This document shows positions 9,640-20,844 of a stretch of 64,000 nt of DNA, in pieces. Each line of letters begins with the position of its first letter. Within the stretch, counting starts at the first letter, position 1. Both the position numbers and the translations under genes were made by a program. Source of the stretch: Nitrospiraceae bacterium (GTDB lineage Bacteria > Nitrospirota > Nitrospiria > Nitrospirales > Nitrospiraceae); contig JBFWWG010000004.1 of the NCBI GenBank assembly GCA_050246315.1, positions 64,001 to 128,000 of the forward strand, in the 5' to 3' direction. The notes under the pieces were generated by a model. The model ran no database searches. It was not told the DNA's origin and saw nothing but the letters and a program-made list of their open reading frames with translations.

Positions 9640-11283
9640 TTAGATGCTGAGGTGCTCGACTTTCGACCGGCGGTTCATCAAATCGAAGACGACTTTGGTA
9701 CCCACCAAGGCCGTGAACAAATTGATGATGATGCCGATGCAGAGGGTGACGGCAAATCCTTTGATGGGGCCGGTCCCGAACAGGAACAGGGCAAACCCCG
9801 TGATGAGGGTCGTGACGTGCGAATCGATGATCGTCAGCAATGCCTTGTCATAGCCTCCGTCCACCGCCAACCGAATGGGCTTGCCCAAGCGGAGTTCCTC
9901 TCTGATCCGCTCGAAAATCAGCACGTTCGAATCGACGCCCATGCCGATGGTCAGAATGATACCGGCAATGCCCGGGAGCGTCAGCGTCGCATTCAACGCC
10001 GCCAGCGCGCCGATGAGGCATATCAGGTTCAAGGCCAGAGCAAAATCCGCGATCACCCCGGAGAGACGATAGTACGTGGCCATGAAGACGATCACGAGAA
10101 TTCCGGCGAAAATCGTGGACTTGACCCCCTTCTCGATCGAGTCCTGTCCGAGCGACGGCCCCACCGTCAGATCTTGAATGATCTTCAGGGGAGCCGGCAG
10201 GGCGCCGGCCCGAAGCACGATCGCCAGATCGTTGGCCTCCTGGGTCGTGAAGGTCCCGCTGATCTGTGCGCGCCCGCCGCTGATCCTCTCCTGAATCACC
10301 GGCGCCGAATAAATGGTGTTGTCCAGGACGATGGCCATACGCTTTTTGACGTTTTCGGCGGTGATCCGTTCGAATTCTCGCGCCCCTTTGGTATCAAACG
10401 TGACGGATACGTAGGGATCGTTGAACTGGCCGATCGACACCCGCGCATCGCTCAACACGTCGCCCGTCAACATCACCCGCTTCCTGACCAGGTAGGGGAT
10501 GCGATATTCTCGGCCCTGGTCCTTGTCGATAACCCGTTCAAACAGCACTTCATCGCCATCCGGCAGCTTGTCCTTGATCTTGGCCAGCACCTCCTCCTCT
10601 TTGCCCTTATCCACGCGTGCCGGCAGATCGAGCGCCATCTTGCTGCCGTCATCCAGCATCTTGAACTCGAGGATGGCCGTCTCCTTAATCAGGTCCTTGG
10701 CCCGTTTGGGGTCTTCGATGCCGGGCAACTGCACGACCAACTGTTTGAGTCCTTGACGTTGAATCAAGGGCTCCGCCACTCCGAACTGATCCACCCGATT
10801 GCGGATCGTCTCCAGCGCCTGATTGACGGCTGTTTCCTTAATGCGTTTGATCTCCGCCTCGCGCAGCTCCCAGACCAGGCTGTTTCCGCCGCCTTTTCCT
10901 TCCACTTCAAAAAAGCTCGGAAACTCATCGATCACCTTTTGGATCTGACTCTTTCCCTCCGCGTTCTGCGCCGTGATCGCGATCTGCATAGGACCGGTCC
11001 GCGAGATCGAATCCGCCGCGAGCTTCTTGTCCGCCAACGCGTCTTGAAGCGAGGTCATGGCTCGATCAACGGCGATTTCAACCGCGCGATCTTCCTCGAC
11101 TTCCAAGACCAGGTGAATACCGCCTTGCAGATCCAACCCCAGTGAGATGCCTTTGCTGGGCAACACTTTCTTCAGCCAATCGGGCAATTCACGATAGACC
11201 GCCGGATAGGACGGCAGGAAACAGATGACCGACACGACCACCACGACCAACAACAACATCAACCGACCACCGACTTTTTTCAT
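9640..11283 (-). CDS. secD: Protein translocase subunit SecD
   Basis: LGLDLQGG, RVDQFGVAEP, LRAGALPAP, GMGVDSNVLIFERIREE. Confidence 0.97.
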   Translation of the reverse strand: MKKVGGRLMLLLVVVVVSVICFLPSYPAVYRELPDWLKKVLPSKGISLGLDLQGGIHLVLEVEEDRAVEIAVDRAMTSLQDALADKKLAADSISRTGPMQIAITAQNAEGKSQIQKVIDEFPSFFEVEGKGGGNSLVWELREAEIKRIKETAVNQALETIRNRVDQFGVAEPLIQRQGLKQLVVQLPGIEDPKRAKDLIKETAILEFKMLDDGSKMALDLPARVDKGKEEEVLAKIKDKLPDGDEVLFERVIDKDQGREYRIPYLVRKRVMLTGDVLSDARVSIGQFNDPYVSVTFDTKGAREFERITAENVKKRMAIVLDNTIYSAPVIQERISGGRAQISGTFTTQEANDLAIVLRAGALPAPLKIIQDLTVGPSLGQDSIEKGVKSTIFAGILVIVFMATYYRLSGVIADFALALNLICLIGALAALNATLTLPGIAGIILTIGMGVDSNVLIFERIREELRLGKPIRLAVDGGYDKALLTIIDSHVTTLITGFALFLFGTGPIKGFAVTLCIGIIINLFTALVGTKVVFDLMNRRSKVEHLSI

Positions 11284-11323
11284 GCTCGCTCCACAGGCTT
11301 CAGATCCATCAACGTCTCAGGAT

Positions 11324-12843
<1,520 letters not shown>

Positions 12844-14640
12844 TTACATTCGCTCCGGAGCGGACACGCCTAGGAGGCCCAACCCGTTGTGAATCACTTG
12901 GCGAATTTGCCGCATGAGGGCCAACCGCGCGCCCGTCAATTCAGGTGTGAGTGTCTCACGATGACAGGAGGAGAGGGCCGCGGCCTCCGTGCCTGTCGTG
13001 CCGGCTCTTGCGTCCAATGGACGGGGCATCGTCTCGGGTTCCGACTCGGCATCCGCCACTGGGGGGAGAATGCGGTGTCGAAAGTAAAACGCATGGAGCT
13101 GGCTCGCCAGCTCTTGCAGATAGACGGCGACCCGATGTGGCTCCATCGCGGTCACGGCACCTTCGACAATCGTCGGATAGATCGATAACTTCCGTATCAA
13201 GGCAAATTCATCCGAATTGGTGAGAGCGGACAGATCCGCCTGGCTAGGATTGGGGACCATGATGCCGCGCGATTCCGCGACCCGACAAAGACTCGCCACC
13301 CTCGCATGCGCATATTGCACGTAGTAGACGGGGTTGTCGGCAGACTGTTGTTTGACCAGCTCCAGATCGAAATCCAAATGCGTATCGGAACGCCGCATGA
13401 GAAAGGAAAATTTCGCCGCGTCCGCGCCCACTTCGTCGATCACCTCGCGGAGCGTGATGAATTCCCCTGCGCGCTTCGACATTTCCACCTTCTTCCCTCC
13501 GCGAAGAAGGCTGACCATCTGGACCAGGACGACTCCCAGGTGAGTCCGCGGATATCCGAAGGCTTCCACGACCGCTTGCATCCGCGGGATATAGCCGTGA
13601 TGGTCGGCGCCCCAGACATTGATGAGCCGGTCGTAGCCCCGGAGCAGTTTGTCTCGATGGTACGCAATGTCGGAGGCCAGATAGGTAAAATCGCCATCCT
13701 GCTTTTGCACCACCCGATCCTTTTCGTCGCCGTAGGCTGAAGAACGAAACCAGACGGCCCCATCCTGCTCTACAATCAGCCCGCGGCTCTTCAGTTCCTG
13801 GATGACACGGAGAACGGCACCCGACTGTTGCAACGACGCCTCGCTGAACCATGACTGAAACGTCACACCAAAACGAGCGAGATCGGCGCGGATCTCGTCC
13901 ACCAGGTGCTCATAGGCCAAGAGCAGGCAGCGTCGTTCCGCCTCCTCTCTCGGCAGTTGAAGCAACGTCGTGCCGGCCTGTGCGAGGACCAGCGCCGCAA
14001 CATCCTCGATATACTGTCCTTGATAGCCGTCTTCAGGCACAGGCGACTCACGGCCGTTGAGCTGCTCATAGCGCGCCAGAACCGACGCTCCGAGCAGCCT
14101 CATCTGCCGGCCGGCGTCGTTGATATAATATTCCCGCACTACCTCGGCGCCGGCCGCCTCAAACAAATTGCCCAGCACCTGACCGACCGCAGCTCCCCGC
14201 CCGTGCCCGACATGAAGGGGGCCGGTCGGATTGGCGCTCACAAACTCAATCAGCAGACGTTGCCCTTGCGCCAGTTTATTGGTCCCGTAACGAGCTCCCT
14301 GCCGTTCGATCTCGCGCAAGACCTCCAGCCACACCTCGCGTTTGACGGTCATATTGAGAAATCCAGGCTGCATAATCTCGACACGATCGAGCCATCGTTC
14401 ACGCTCGGCCATATTGCTGACGATGATGCGGGCGATCTCATGAGGAGCTCGCTGTTCACGGGCAGCCAACACCATCGCAACCGTCGAGGCAAGATCTCCC
14501 CATTCCGGCCGCTTGGGAGCGTCGAGTGTGATGGGAGGGAGGGGATCCACCTTGAGTTCCCCTCGTTTCCTGGCTTGAAGGAGTGCCTGGTGCAGCATCT
14601 GCTCGATTTTGTCCCGGACAATTCCGCGCGACATGACCAC
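12844..14640 (-). CDS. argS: Arginine--tRNA ligase
   Basis: EFVSANPTGPLHVGHGR, WGADHHGY, MSKRAG, NPVYYVQYAHAR. Confidence 0.97.
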   Translation of the reverse strand: MVMSRGIVRDKIEQMLHQALLQARKRGELKVDPLPPITLDAPKRPEWGDLASTVAMVLAAREQRAPHEIARIIVSNMAERERWLDRVEIMQPGFLNMTVKREVWLEVLREIERQGARYGTNKLAQGQRLLIEFVSANPTGPLHVGHGRGAAVGQVLGNLFEAAGAEVVREYYINDAGRQMRLLGASVLARYEQLNGRESPVPEDGYQGQYIEDVAALVLAQAGTTLLQLPREEAERRCLLLAYEHLVDEIRADLARFGVTFQSWFSEASLQQSGAVLRVIQELKSRGLIVEQDGAVWFRSSAYGDEKDRVVQKQDGDFTYLASDIAYHRDKLLRGYDRLINVWGADHHGYIPRMQAVVEAFGYPRTHLGVVLVQMVSLLRGGKKVEMSKRAGEFITLREVIDEVGADAAKFSFLMRRSDTHLDFDLELVKQQSADNPVYYVQYAHARVASLCRVAESRGIMVPNPSQADLSALTNSDEFALIRKLSIYPTIVEGAVTAMEPHRVAVYLQELASQLHAFYFRHRILPPVADAESEPETMPRPLDARAGTTGTEAAALSSCHRETLTPELTGARLALMRQIRQVIHNGLGLLGVSAPERM

Positions 14641-14745
14641 CCTAACCCGTCATTTTCAAAGGAGAAAATTAACTTGTTACTTTAGCATATCCGGAACATG
14701 AGGCACAAGGGCGGTTCATGTCATCTGTCGTTCAGACTGGTGAAT

Positions 14746-15750
14746 TTACGTGCTTGCGACACGGTGGCAGACAGAGAGGAGCGTCGGCAAATCGATGCGG
14801 AGACACGGTCGCATCCCGCAACCCCGTACACGCGACCAGTCCGAACGGCAGTCACAAGAGTCGCCCTGCAGGACTCGCACATGCGGACCGATCGGTCCCC
14901 AACGAGCGGGATCGGTTGGTCCGAACAGCGTCACGGTCGGGGCTCCAACCGAGGCGGCAAGATGCGTCACTCCAGAGTCATTGCCAACGAACAGAGAGGT
15001 CTGCGCCAGTACGGATGCCAGGGTGGTCAGATCGCAGGCCTTGAGGATTGGGACCTGATCTGGGGCAAGAAGCCCGGTGACCGCCGACACCGCCGCCCCA
15101 TCGGCCGGACCGGCAATCATGACAGCTTGGTCGCCTCTATCCCACGCCCAGTTGATCACTCCTGCGAAAAGTCGAGGGTCGGCGCATTTATACAGGCTCC
15201 CGCTCCCGGGGTGAACCGCCACAAGTCCCTCGACCGACACATTCACTCCCATTCGCTGCAAGGTTTCACGCGCCCTTGTCCGCCGACCAGGAGAAATCTG
15301 CAGCGGAGGATCGAGGCCCACTTGCCTCGGGGCCATCCCTTCAACAATTTCGACGAAACGAGCGGACTGGTGAATAGCCCGCAGCTCACGGTCGAAGGGA
15401 GACCTAAGTATGACGTCAGCGCTCAGGAAACGACCCAATGTGGCGCTGAGCGTTCCCTGAGGATCGGAGAAGAACCCGATCACCCGATCGCACCTTCCAA
15501 ACCAATCACACCGCTGGGAGGTCGGGGTTGGTTCACTACTGAACAACGTGCAGCCGAATGCTCTCTCCAGACTGAACGCCTCAGCCACTTCACCGGCCTC
15601 CTTGAGTAAGTCTCCCACTCCAGCGCTAGCCAGTAATGCAACCCGGTGACAGGGAAATCGTTCCCTCATCATCCGAAAGCACGGAAGCGCCAACAATACA
15701 TCTCCGAGTGCTCCGGGATGAATGACCATCACCATGTCGGACTTACCCAC
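14746..15750 (-). CDS. Glycosyltransferase family 9 (heptosyltransferase-like)
   Basis: GALGDVLL, HPGSGS, GNDSGVTHLAA, LFGPTDP-x-RWGP. Confidence 0.9.
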   Translation of the reverse strand: MGKSDMVMVIHPGALGDVLLALPCFRMMRERFPCHRVALLASAGVGDLLKEAGEVAEAFSLERAFGCTLFSSEPTPTSQRCDWFGRCDRVIGFFSDPQGTLSATLGRFLSADVILRSPFDRELRAIHQSARFVEIVEGMAPRQVGLDPPLQISPGRRTRARETLQRMGVNVSVEGLVAVHPGSGSLYKCADPRLFAGVINWAWDRGDQAVMIAGPADGAAVSAVTGLLAPDQVPILKACDLTTLASVLAQTSLFVGNDSGVTHLAASVGAPTVTLFGPTDPARWGPIGPHVRVLQGDSCDCRSDWSRVRGCGMRPCLRIDLPTLLSVCHRVAST

Positions 15751-15926
15751 CGGTTTGGCCTTTGCGCTCTAGGGAGAACTCACCGTGAGGATCGACCTCT
15801 CGTGAAAGCCGCCGGCTACTCCAAACTGGTGATATCGCGGTGCTGGCCAACCACGACCGGGCATGAGGACAGGTGTGTCATGGAAGGCTCTGGTTCGATT
15901 GAAGACTCGTACCGGAAAAAGAGTAT

Positions 15927-16535
15927 TTACTCACGTTCGAGCAACTCTCGGGCGAGAGCGAGATCCGTTGGCGTATTCACGTTTAAGAACGACAGGGCTT
16001 CCTCGGCACTTTGAATCACTTCCGAGTCCGTCAACACAAGGCCCTGTAGCATCTGATTGGAGACCAGCCCTTGCAATCGAAAATCTCCGCCCCGTGCCAT
16101 CTCGGCCAATACAGGCAGGCAGGTCTTCCGGTAAAAAGCATGCATGGGTTGGAGCCGTGATTTCACTCGGGCCATCACAAAATCGACATCATCTCGTGCA
16201 TCCGCCAGCCTGCGGATCACCGAGAGATTCACAAGTGGCATGTCACACGCAACGGCAAAGATCCAGTCCCGAATGGATGCCTCCAAACTGCTATACACAC
16301 CTCCCAACGTGGCGCAGTTTGGCATGGCATCAGCCACAACCCGGTGCCCTCTGGTCGGCAATCCATTGGGTTCCGAGGCGACCGAAATGATCACTTCTTC
16401 AAAGAGCGATTCCACGCAATCGACTACCCGATCAAAGAGCGTCTGTTCGCCTATCTTGATGAACCGCTTATCCTCCCCCATGCGAACGCTCCGTCCCCCC
16501 GCAAGGACCACGGCGGTCGCATTGCTGATCTTCAT
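15927..16535 (-). CDS. mobA: Molybdenum cofactor guanylyltransferase
   Basis: LAGGRSVRMGEDK, ACDMP, NVNTPTDL. Start likely 16535 or 16547; the track start 16595 abuts a terminator. Confidence 0.9.
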   Translation of the reverse strand: MKISNATAVVLAGGRSVRMGEDKRFIKIGEQTLFDRVVDCVESLFEEVIISVASEPNGLPTRGHRVVADAMPNCATLGGVYSSLEASIRDWIFAVACDMPLVNLSVIRRLADARDDVDFVMARVKSRLQPMHAFYRKTCLPVLAEMARGGDFRLQGLVSNQMLQGLVLTDSEVIQSAEEALSFLNVNTPTDLALARELLERE

Positions 16536-16595
16536 CAATTGGGTCATGTCGGTCACATTCTCGTACAATCCACAATCGAGCGCGCGATGAGTCAC

Positions 16596-16635
16596 AAAAA
16601 AAGAGAGGGGGTGAGGTTATCCCCCACCCCCTCTC
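16596..16635 (-). terminator. Rho-independent terminator of the bd-like/NxrC-like operon
   Basis: GAGAGGGGGTG...CACCCCCTCTC stem followed by a T7 tract on the minus strand, 22 nt after stop 16658. Confidence 0.9.
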
Positions 16636-16657
16636 CCCGCAAGACACGATCACGAAG

Positions 16658-18430
16658 CTAGAAGCTCTTGCCCTTCTTTCTATTCGCCCGCCGAGCCAGA
16701 ACCCACCCTTCCAGCACTACGACGCCGAGTCCGATCAACACCGGATAGATGTACGTTTCTTTCGGAATCGGCGGCTCGAGAATCGTATAATAGAAGGCCG
16801 ACACCGACATCTTCCTTCCGGCATCGCCGTTGTGCCCATCCCACGTGAAGAAGACAGTCGGAATATACTTACCAGCCTCAACATAGGCATATTCCTCGTA
16901 ATCATCCTTCCGCGGACGCTGCACCATCACTGTCCAGCGCCCATCCTTCCATTCCGACTTCAGAACCTTGAGCTTTTCCTCAAAATCATCCCGCTCTTCA
17001 AAATCCTGATCCCACCCGGTACCCTTGAAAGACCGGACAATGCCATCCGCTTCCCATTTCACGATATCCACCGGGTACTTGTTGTCACCCCAGAGATAGC
17101 GCGGCTTGGCGGGAGGCGGCAACTCTTGCCACTTGATGGGGAATTGGAAAGCAAACGCATCATTGAACGCCCGATAATTATTCTGGGCAGCGGCAATCGA
17201 ACCAGGCTCACCGGTCTTGGGAGCCTGCTCCTTCACCCCATAGGTATCGAGGTTCACCTCGGTCGGGTCCCACTCCGGTTTCTCCTGAGCCACGCTTTTC
17301 GTACGATCATCCCACTGGAACAAGAACACGATATTGTCGTTGTTGTACAGCGACTTGACCCAGACATCATCGATCCGGGTCACGAAATTCCGTGGCTTGT
17401 GAGTAATTTGACCACCAAGCGCCACAATCCGCCGCTCCCGGTTGGTCCACATTTCGCTTTCAGGATCATCCGAAATGTCTCCCTCCACCGGACCGGAGCG
17501 CACCACGAAATTGATCTTCGGCTTGTCCGTCAAGGGATCAATTTCAAGAGGATTGCCGTCCTTGTCTCGCTCACAGAGCGATTGGACAAAATTGGCGATA
17601 TCCCAGCGCTCCTCCAAGGTGGTGCTGTCTGCGAAGGAGGGCATTGGAGTCCCGTTGACCCCCGTCGAGAAGGTCCTAAAAATGTTCTTCACATTGTAAG
17701 GATCCTGGCGACTCCCGCGGAAATTCCAACACTTGTGCCAGTTGGCCGGTTGGATCGAAAATCCCCAGTCATCCTTCAGGTTGAAGGCGTTGCCATCGCC
17801 CCGACCGGTCACGCCATGGCACTCGATACACTTCTTATCGACCACCAACTGGGCGCCCTTCTCAATACTTTCCTTTGTTGAAGGGACCTGTTTGATCTCA
17901 CCCAATTGGAGAACGGTCTGCGTTTCAGTATCCTTATCCGTAAACTTCCGATCTTTGACCAATTGAGTCGTCACGAACGACAACACTTGCAGCCGTTGCT
18001 CCTCGGTCAAAATTCCTTCCCACGGAGGCATTGCGGATCCGGGCAATCCATGGGTCACAGTCTCGAACAGGTCGTTCTTGCCCGAGGCTTGCTCCTTGTA
18101 ATTGAACAGGGGTAACTCGCCGCTGGCCGTATGGCGAATCTTGAAGGTGCCCTGGTTGAAATTCCGCGGCCGAGGCCACAACCGATCCGCACCAGGGCCG
18201 TCCCCGGCACCGTCAACGCCATGGCACCAGACACATTTGGTAAAATAGACGCGCTTTCCAGCCTCAATCATCTCCGCTGGAGGCTCCGGAGCAAGCGCCT
18301 GGTTCTTGAACCCTTCAGGCGCAGCCTGCTCGGCATAGGCCGTTGTCACCGCGCTGCCGGAAAGCAGCACGAGTCCTGCCGTAGCGAGGCCGAGAAGGGC
18401 TTTGGAACGAGATCCATTCTGCATTGTCAT
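16658..18430 (-). CDS. Diheme cytochrome c fused to an ethylbenzene-dehydrogenase-gamma-like (EB_dh) domain; candidate NXR gamma-type subunit
   Basis: Signal peptide, CVWCH and CIECH, C-terminal EB_dh/DOMON-like region (FQWDDRT, NDAFAFQFP, WKDGRWTV, TWDGHNGD-x-GRKM), C-terminal TM anchor; start ATG 18430 with GAGGG RBS. Confidence 0.8.
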   Translation of the reverse strand: MTMQNGSRSKALLGLATAGLVLLSGSAVTTAYAEQAAPEGFKNQALAPEPPAEMIEAGKRVYFTKCVWCHGVDGAGDGPGADRLWPRPRNFNQGTFKIRHTASGELPLFNYKEQASGKNDLFETVTHGLPGSAMPPWEGILTEEQRLQVLSFVTTQLVKDRKFTDKDTETQTVLQLGEIKQVPSTKESIEKGAQLVVDKKCIECHGVTGRGDGNAFNLKDDWGFSIQPANWHKCWNFRGSRQDPYNVKNIFRTFSTGVNGTPMPSFADSTTLEERWDIANFVQSLCERDKDGNPLEIDPLTDKPKINFVVRSGPVEGDISDDPESEMWTNRERRIVALGGQITHKPRNFVTRIDDVWVKSLYNNDNIVFLFQWDDRTKSVAQEKPEWDPTEVNLDTYGVKEQAPKTGEPGSIAAAQNNYRAFNDAFAFQFPIKWQELPPPAKPRYLWGDNKYPVDIVKWEADGIVRSFKGTGWDQDFEERDDFEEKLKVLKSEWKDGRWTVMVQRPRKDDYEEYAYVEAGKYIPTVFFTWDGHNGDAGRKMSVSAFYYTILEPPIPKETYIYPVLIGLGVVVLEGWVLARRANRKKGKSF

Positions 18431-18462
18431 GGTTTGTCCCTCTTCGCCTTGCTCGTGAATAA

Positions 18463-19422
18463 TTAGTCCCACGTACGGGGGTAGTAACCCGTATGCCAGT
18501 ATTCAAACAGAATGACCTTCCAGATCTCATCCGTGGTCAAATGCTGCTCCCACGGCGGCATCACGGACGCCCACGGAAACCCCTCCGGTGGAAGACCAAT
18601 GCCACCCTTCGCCACGCGCCAGAATACGAAGGTTTCTTGAAGCTGTGCCAATGTCCCAGGATCGGTGAAATTGGCCGGAATGGGATTAAACGCGAAGGCA
18701 TGAAGGCCCCGCCCGTTCAAATTGTCACCGTGACAGAAATGACAATTCTGGAAGAAAATTTCACCGCCCTCGCGAACGTACTTGATGTAGCCTTGGGCAT
18801 TTGGATCCCACGGATTGGCCTCCGGCTTCTGCTGCATCAGCCGCCCCATGCTCTGCTCAGTGATGAGCTTTCTGGCAAACTCCTCATCAAACTTGCCATC
18901 GGTATTCACACGATACGGATTGTAGGCAGTTTGGAGTGTAAATGTCTTGCCATGAACCTTCGTATTCTGAGGCGGAGCCGGATGCACAGTCCGTAATTCA
19001 ATCGGCTCGTCCAGACTGGGGAGGAACGAATTATAGGCAAACCCACCGATAATAAGCGGCAAGGCCACCAGCCAGGCAGTGCGCAGAAGCTTGTGTAGAC
19101 CGGTGTTCGCATCCAACACGTTGAGAATCGGTTGCTTGAACTTTTTCCAATCCTCTTCGTTGCTGGACAGCCACATGAAAACCGCTACAAGTGCCGCGGT
19201 TCCATACATGGCCCTGACGCTGAACGGAATCGGCGGATAGATCCTGTACTTCAGGTACATCAGAAGGAAGACCCAAAACAGGATGCCCTGCCAAAACCGG
19301 GACATGGCGAGCCCGCTCTTGTTCAGCATGTAACTGAGAAGGGCAAACACGCCGACGCAGAAGGCGAGCTCAAAGATCATCTGCATCGGCATATACCCCT
19401 CGACCAACTTTAGCCAGGTCAT
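18463..19422 (-). CDS. Membrane-bound monoheme cytochrome c
   Basis: About 4 N-terminal TM helices, CHFCH, distal Met in SVMPPW. Confidence 0.9.
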   Translation of the reverse strand: MTWLKLVEGYMPMQMIFELAFCVGVFALLSYMLNKSGLAMSRFWQGILFWVFLLMYLKYRIYPPIPFSVRAMYGTAALVAVFMWLSSNEEDWKKFKQPILNVLDANTGLHKLLRTAWLVALPLIIGGFAYNSFLPSLDEPIELRTVHPAPPQNTKVHGKTFTLQTAYNPYRVNTDGKFDEEFARKLITEQSMGRLMQQKPEANPWDPNAQGYIKYVREGGEIFFQNCHFCHGDNLNGRGLHAFAFNPIPANFTDPGTLAQLQETFVFWRVAKGGIGLPPEGFPWASVMPPWEQHLTTDEIWKVILFEYWHTGYYPRTWD

Positions 19423-19455
19423 GATTCCACTCTCCTTCTTGGGCTCAAATGTTCC

Positions 19456-20766
19456 CTAGTTGATCTTCGGCGGCTCTTTTCCCGTCTGCACTTGCGAGAG
19501 GTAGTCGATGATCTTATTAATCGCTCCCGCGCTCAGCTTCTGGCCGAAAATCTTGGGCATCACGCCGTCTGCAAATGGCTTCACGACATAGGCGCTCGGG
19601 TTGATGACCGACTCCATGATGTATTCACGAGTCGTCTTTGCCCCTCCCTTGTAATCTGCGGACTTGATTCGAAGAGGAGCGTTGGTTCCCTCCTCAAGCT
19701 TCGGCCCTACGGCACCGGTCGCTCCTGGGATACCAGGAATTGTGTGGCACACGATGCACTGCCCCTTCGCAAAGATCTGGTCGACCGGCTCAGACCCATC
19801 GGCCAACAATCCACCCCCGCCCGCATCCTTCTTCTCTTCCTGCTGCGCGGGACGATCCGACTCCGGAATGAACTTTTCGTACGACTTCGCGATCTCATCG
19901 TACGAGGGTGCGTCCTTACCCTCCCGCACATACATCCAGGTATCGACGGCCGCCAACTCTCCGATCGAAAGTGAAATCGGCGGCTTATGAATCTTGGGCA
20001 TCGGGCTTTCCTTATCATTCGTACCCTTGACACCAAAGCCAGCCACTACAAAGCAGTTTGGACAAGCATGCGATTCAGCGATGTACTCTTGGCCTACTTC
20101 AGCAGTACCCGAGCCAGGGAAGGACTCCTTCTCGACCGTGTCTCTTTCAGCCGGCTTCCCCTTGTGATAACGCGGATCGTTCATGCGCTCGTCGAGCCGC
20201 CCCGGCAACCCCCACAAGTTCGGAGCACGCTCGCTGAGAAATCCTTGATTGAATCCATGACACAGAGGACACTGTCCTTTCCCGATCGCGCCTTGGACTT
20301 GGCTTTGTCCCACTCCGCCGAAAATGATCTTCTCTCCCTCATCTGCCAACTGCTGCGGACTCATCGAATTGAAATCCAACTTGACCTCGGGGGGAGGAAA
20401 CCCACCCTCGACTTGCGGGAGCCAATTGCCGTAGCCGGACAAGAACGCCGCCACAAAGAACATCATGCCGCCGATCTTGAACAACGCACTGAGATTGGCG
20501 AAATACAAACCCATCATCAGCGTCATGGCGGTAATCATCGCCAACGACACGGGGAGCAGTCGGCTTTCCGCGAAGAAATTGATCTTATAATTCGCGATTG
20601 CGAAAAAGAGCATCACGCTGGCAATCATGCCGATAAAGGTCTTAAACATTGCTCGCTTTTTCGCTTCAGGATCCGGGATAGCGACCTGGAAATACACCAG
20701 CAGGCCCACGAGCAATGCAAAGACTGGCCATCCCATGTCCAACGCAGCAGAAAATAAATTCCCCAC
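19456..20766 (-). CDS. Membrane-bound diheme cytochrome c
   Basis: About 4 N-terminal TM helices, CPLCH and CIVCH, SPMP and GVMP distal Met motifs, additional HACPNC; GTG start with AGGAGG RBS. Confidence 0.9.
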   Translation of the reverse strand: MGNLFSAALDMGWPVFALLVGLLVYFQVAIPDPEAKKRAMFKTFIGMIASVMLFFAIANYKINFFAESRLLPVSLAMITAMTLMMGLYFANLSALFKIGGMMFFVAAFLSGYGNWLPQVEGGFPPPEVKLDFNSMSPQQLADEGEKIIFGGVGQSQVQGAIGKGQCPLCHGFNQGFLSERAPNLWGLPGRLDERMNDPRYHKGKPAERDTVEKESFPGSGTAEVGQEYIAESHACPNCFVVAGFGVKGTNDKESPMPKIHKPPISLSIGELAAVDTWMYVREGKDAPSYDEIAKSYEKFIPESDRPAQQEEKKDAGGGGLLADGSEPVDQIFAKGQCIVCHTIPGIPGATGAVGPKLEEGTNAPLRIKSADYKGGAKTTREYIMESVINPSAYVVKPFADGVMPKIFGQKLSAGAINKIIDYLSQVQTGKEPPKIN

Positions 20767-20790
20767 AGCTCAATCCTCCTCAGGATAGCA

Positions 20791-20827
20791 TAGAGGGCCC
20801 CACTCCCTGATGGGTCGGGGCCCTCTA
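20791..20827. other. Intercistronic stem-loop
   Basis: Perfect 11-bp inverted repeat TAGAGGGCCCC/GGGGCCCTCTA, no U tract. Confidence 0.7.
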
Positions 20828-20844
20828 GAATGAGACAGCAAGTC

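Noticed and set aside
9625..11145. 506-aa + strand ORF and similar antisense ORFs throughout
   Set aside because: Shadows of secD and other well-supported genes.
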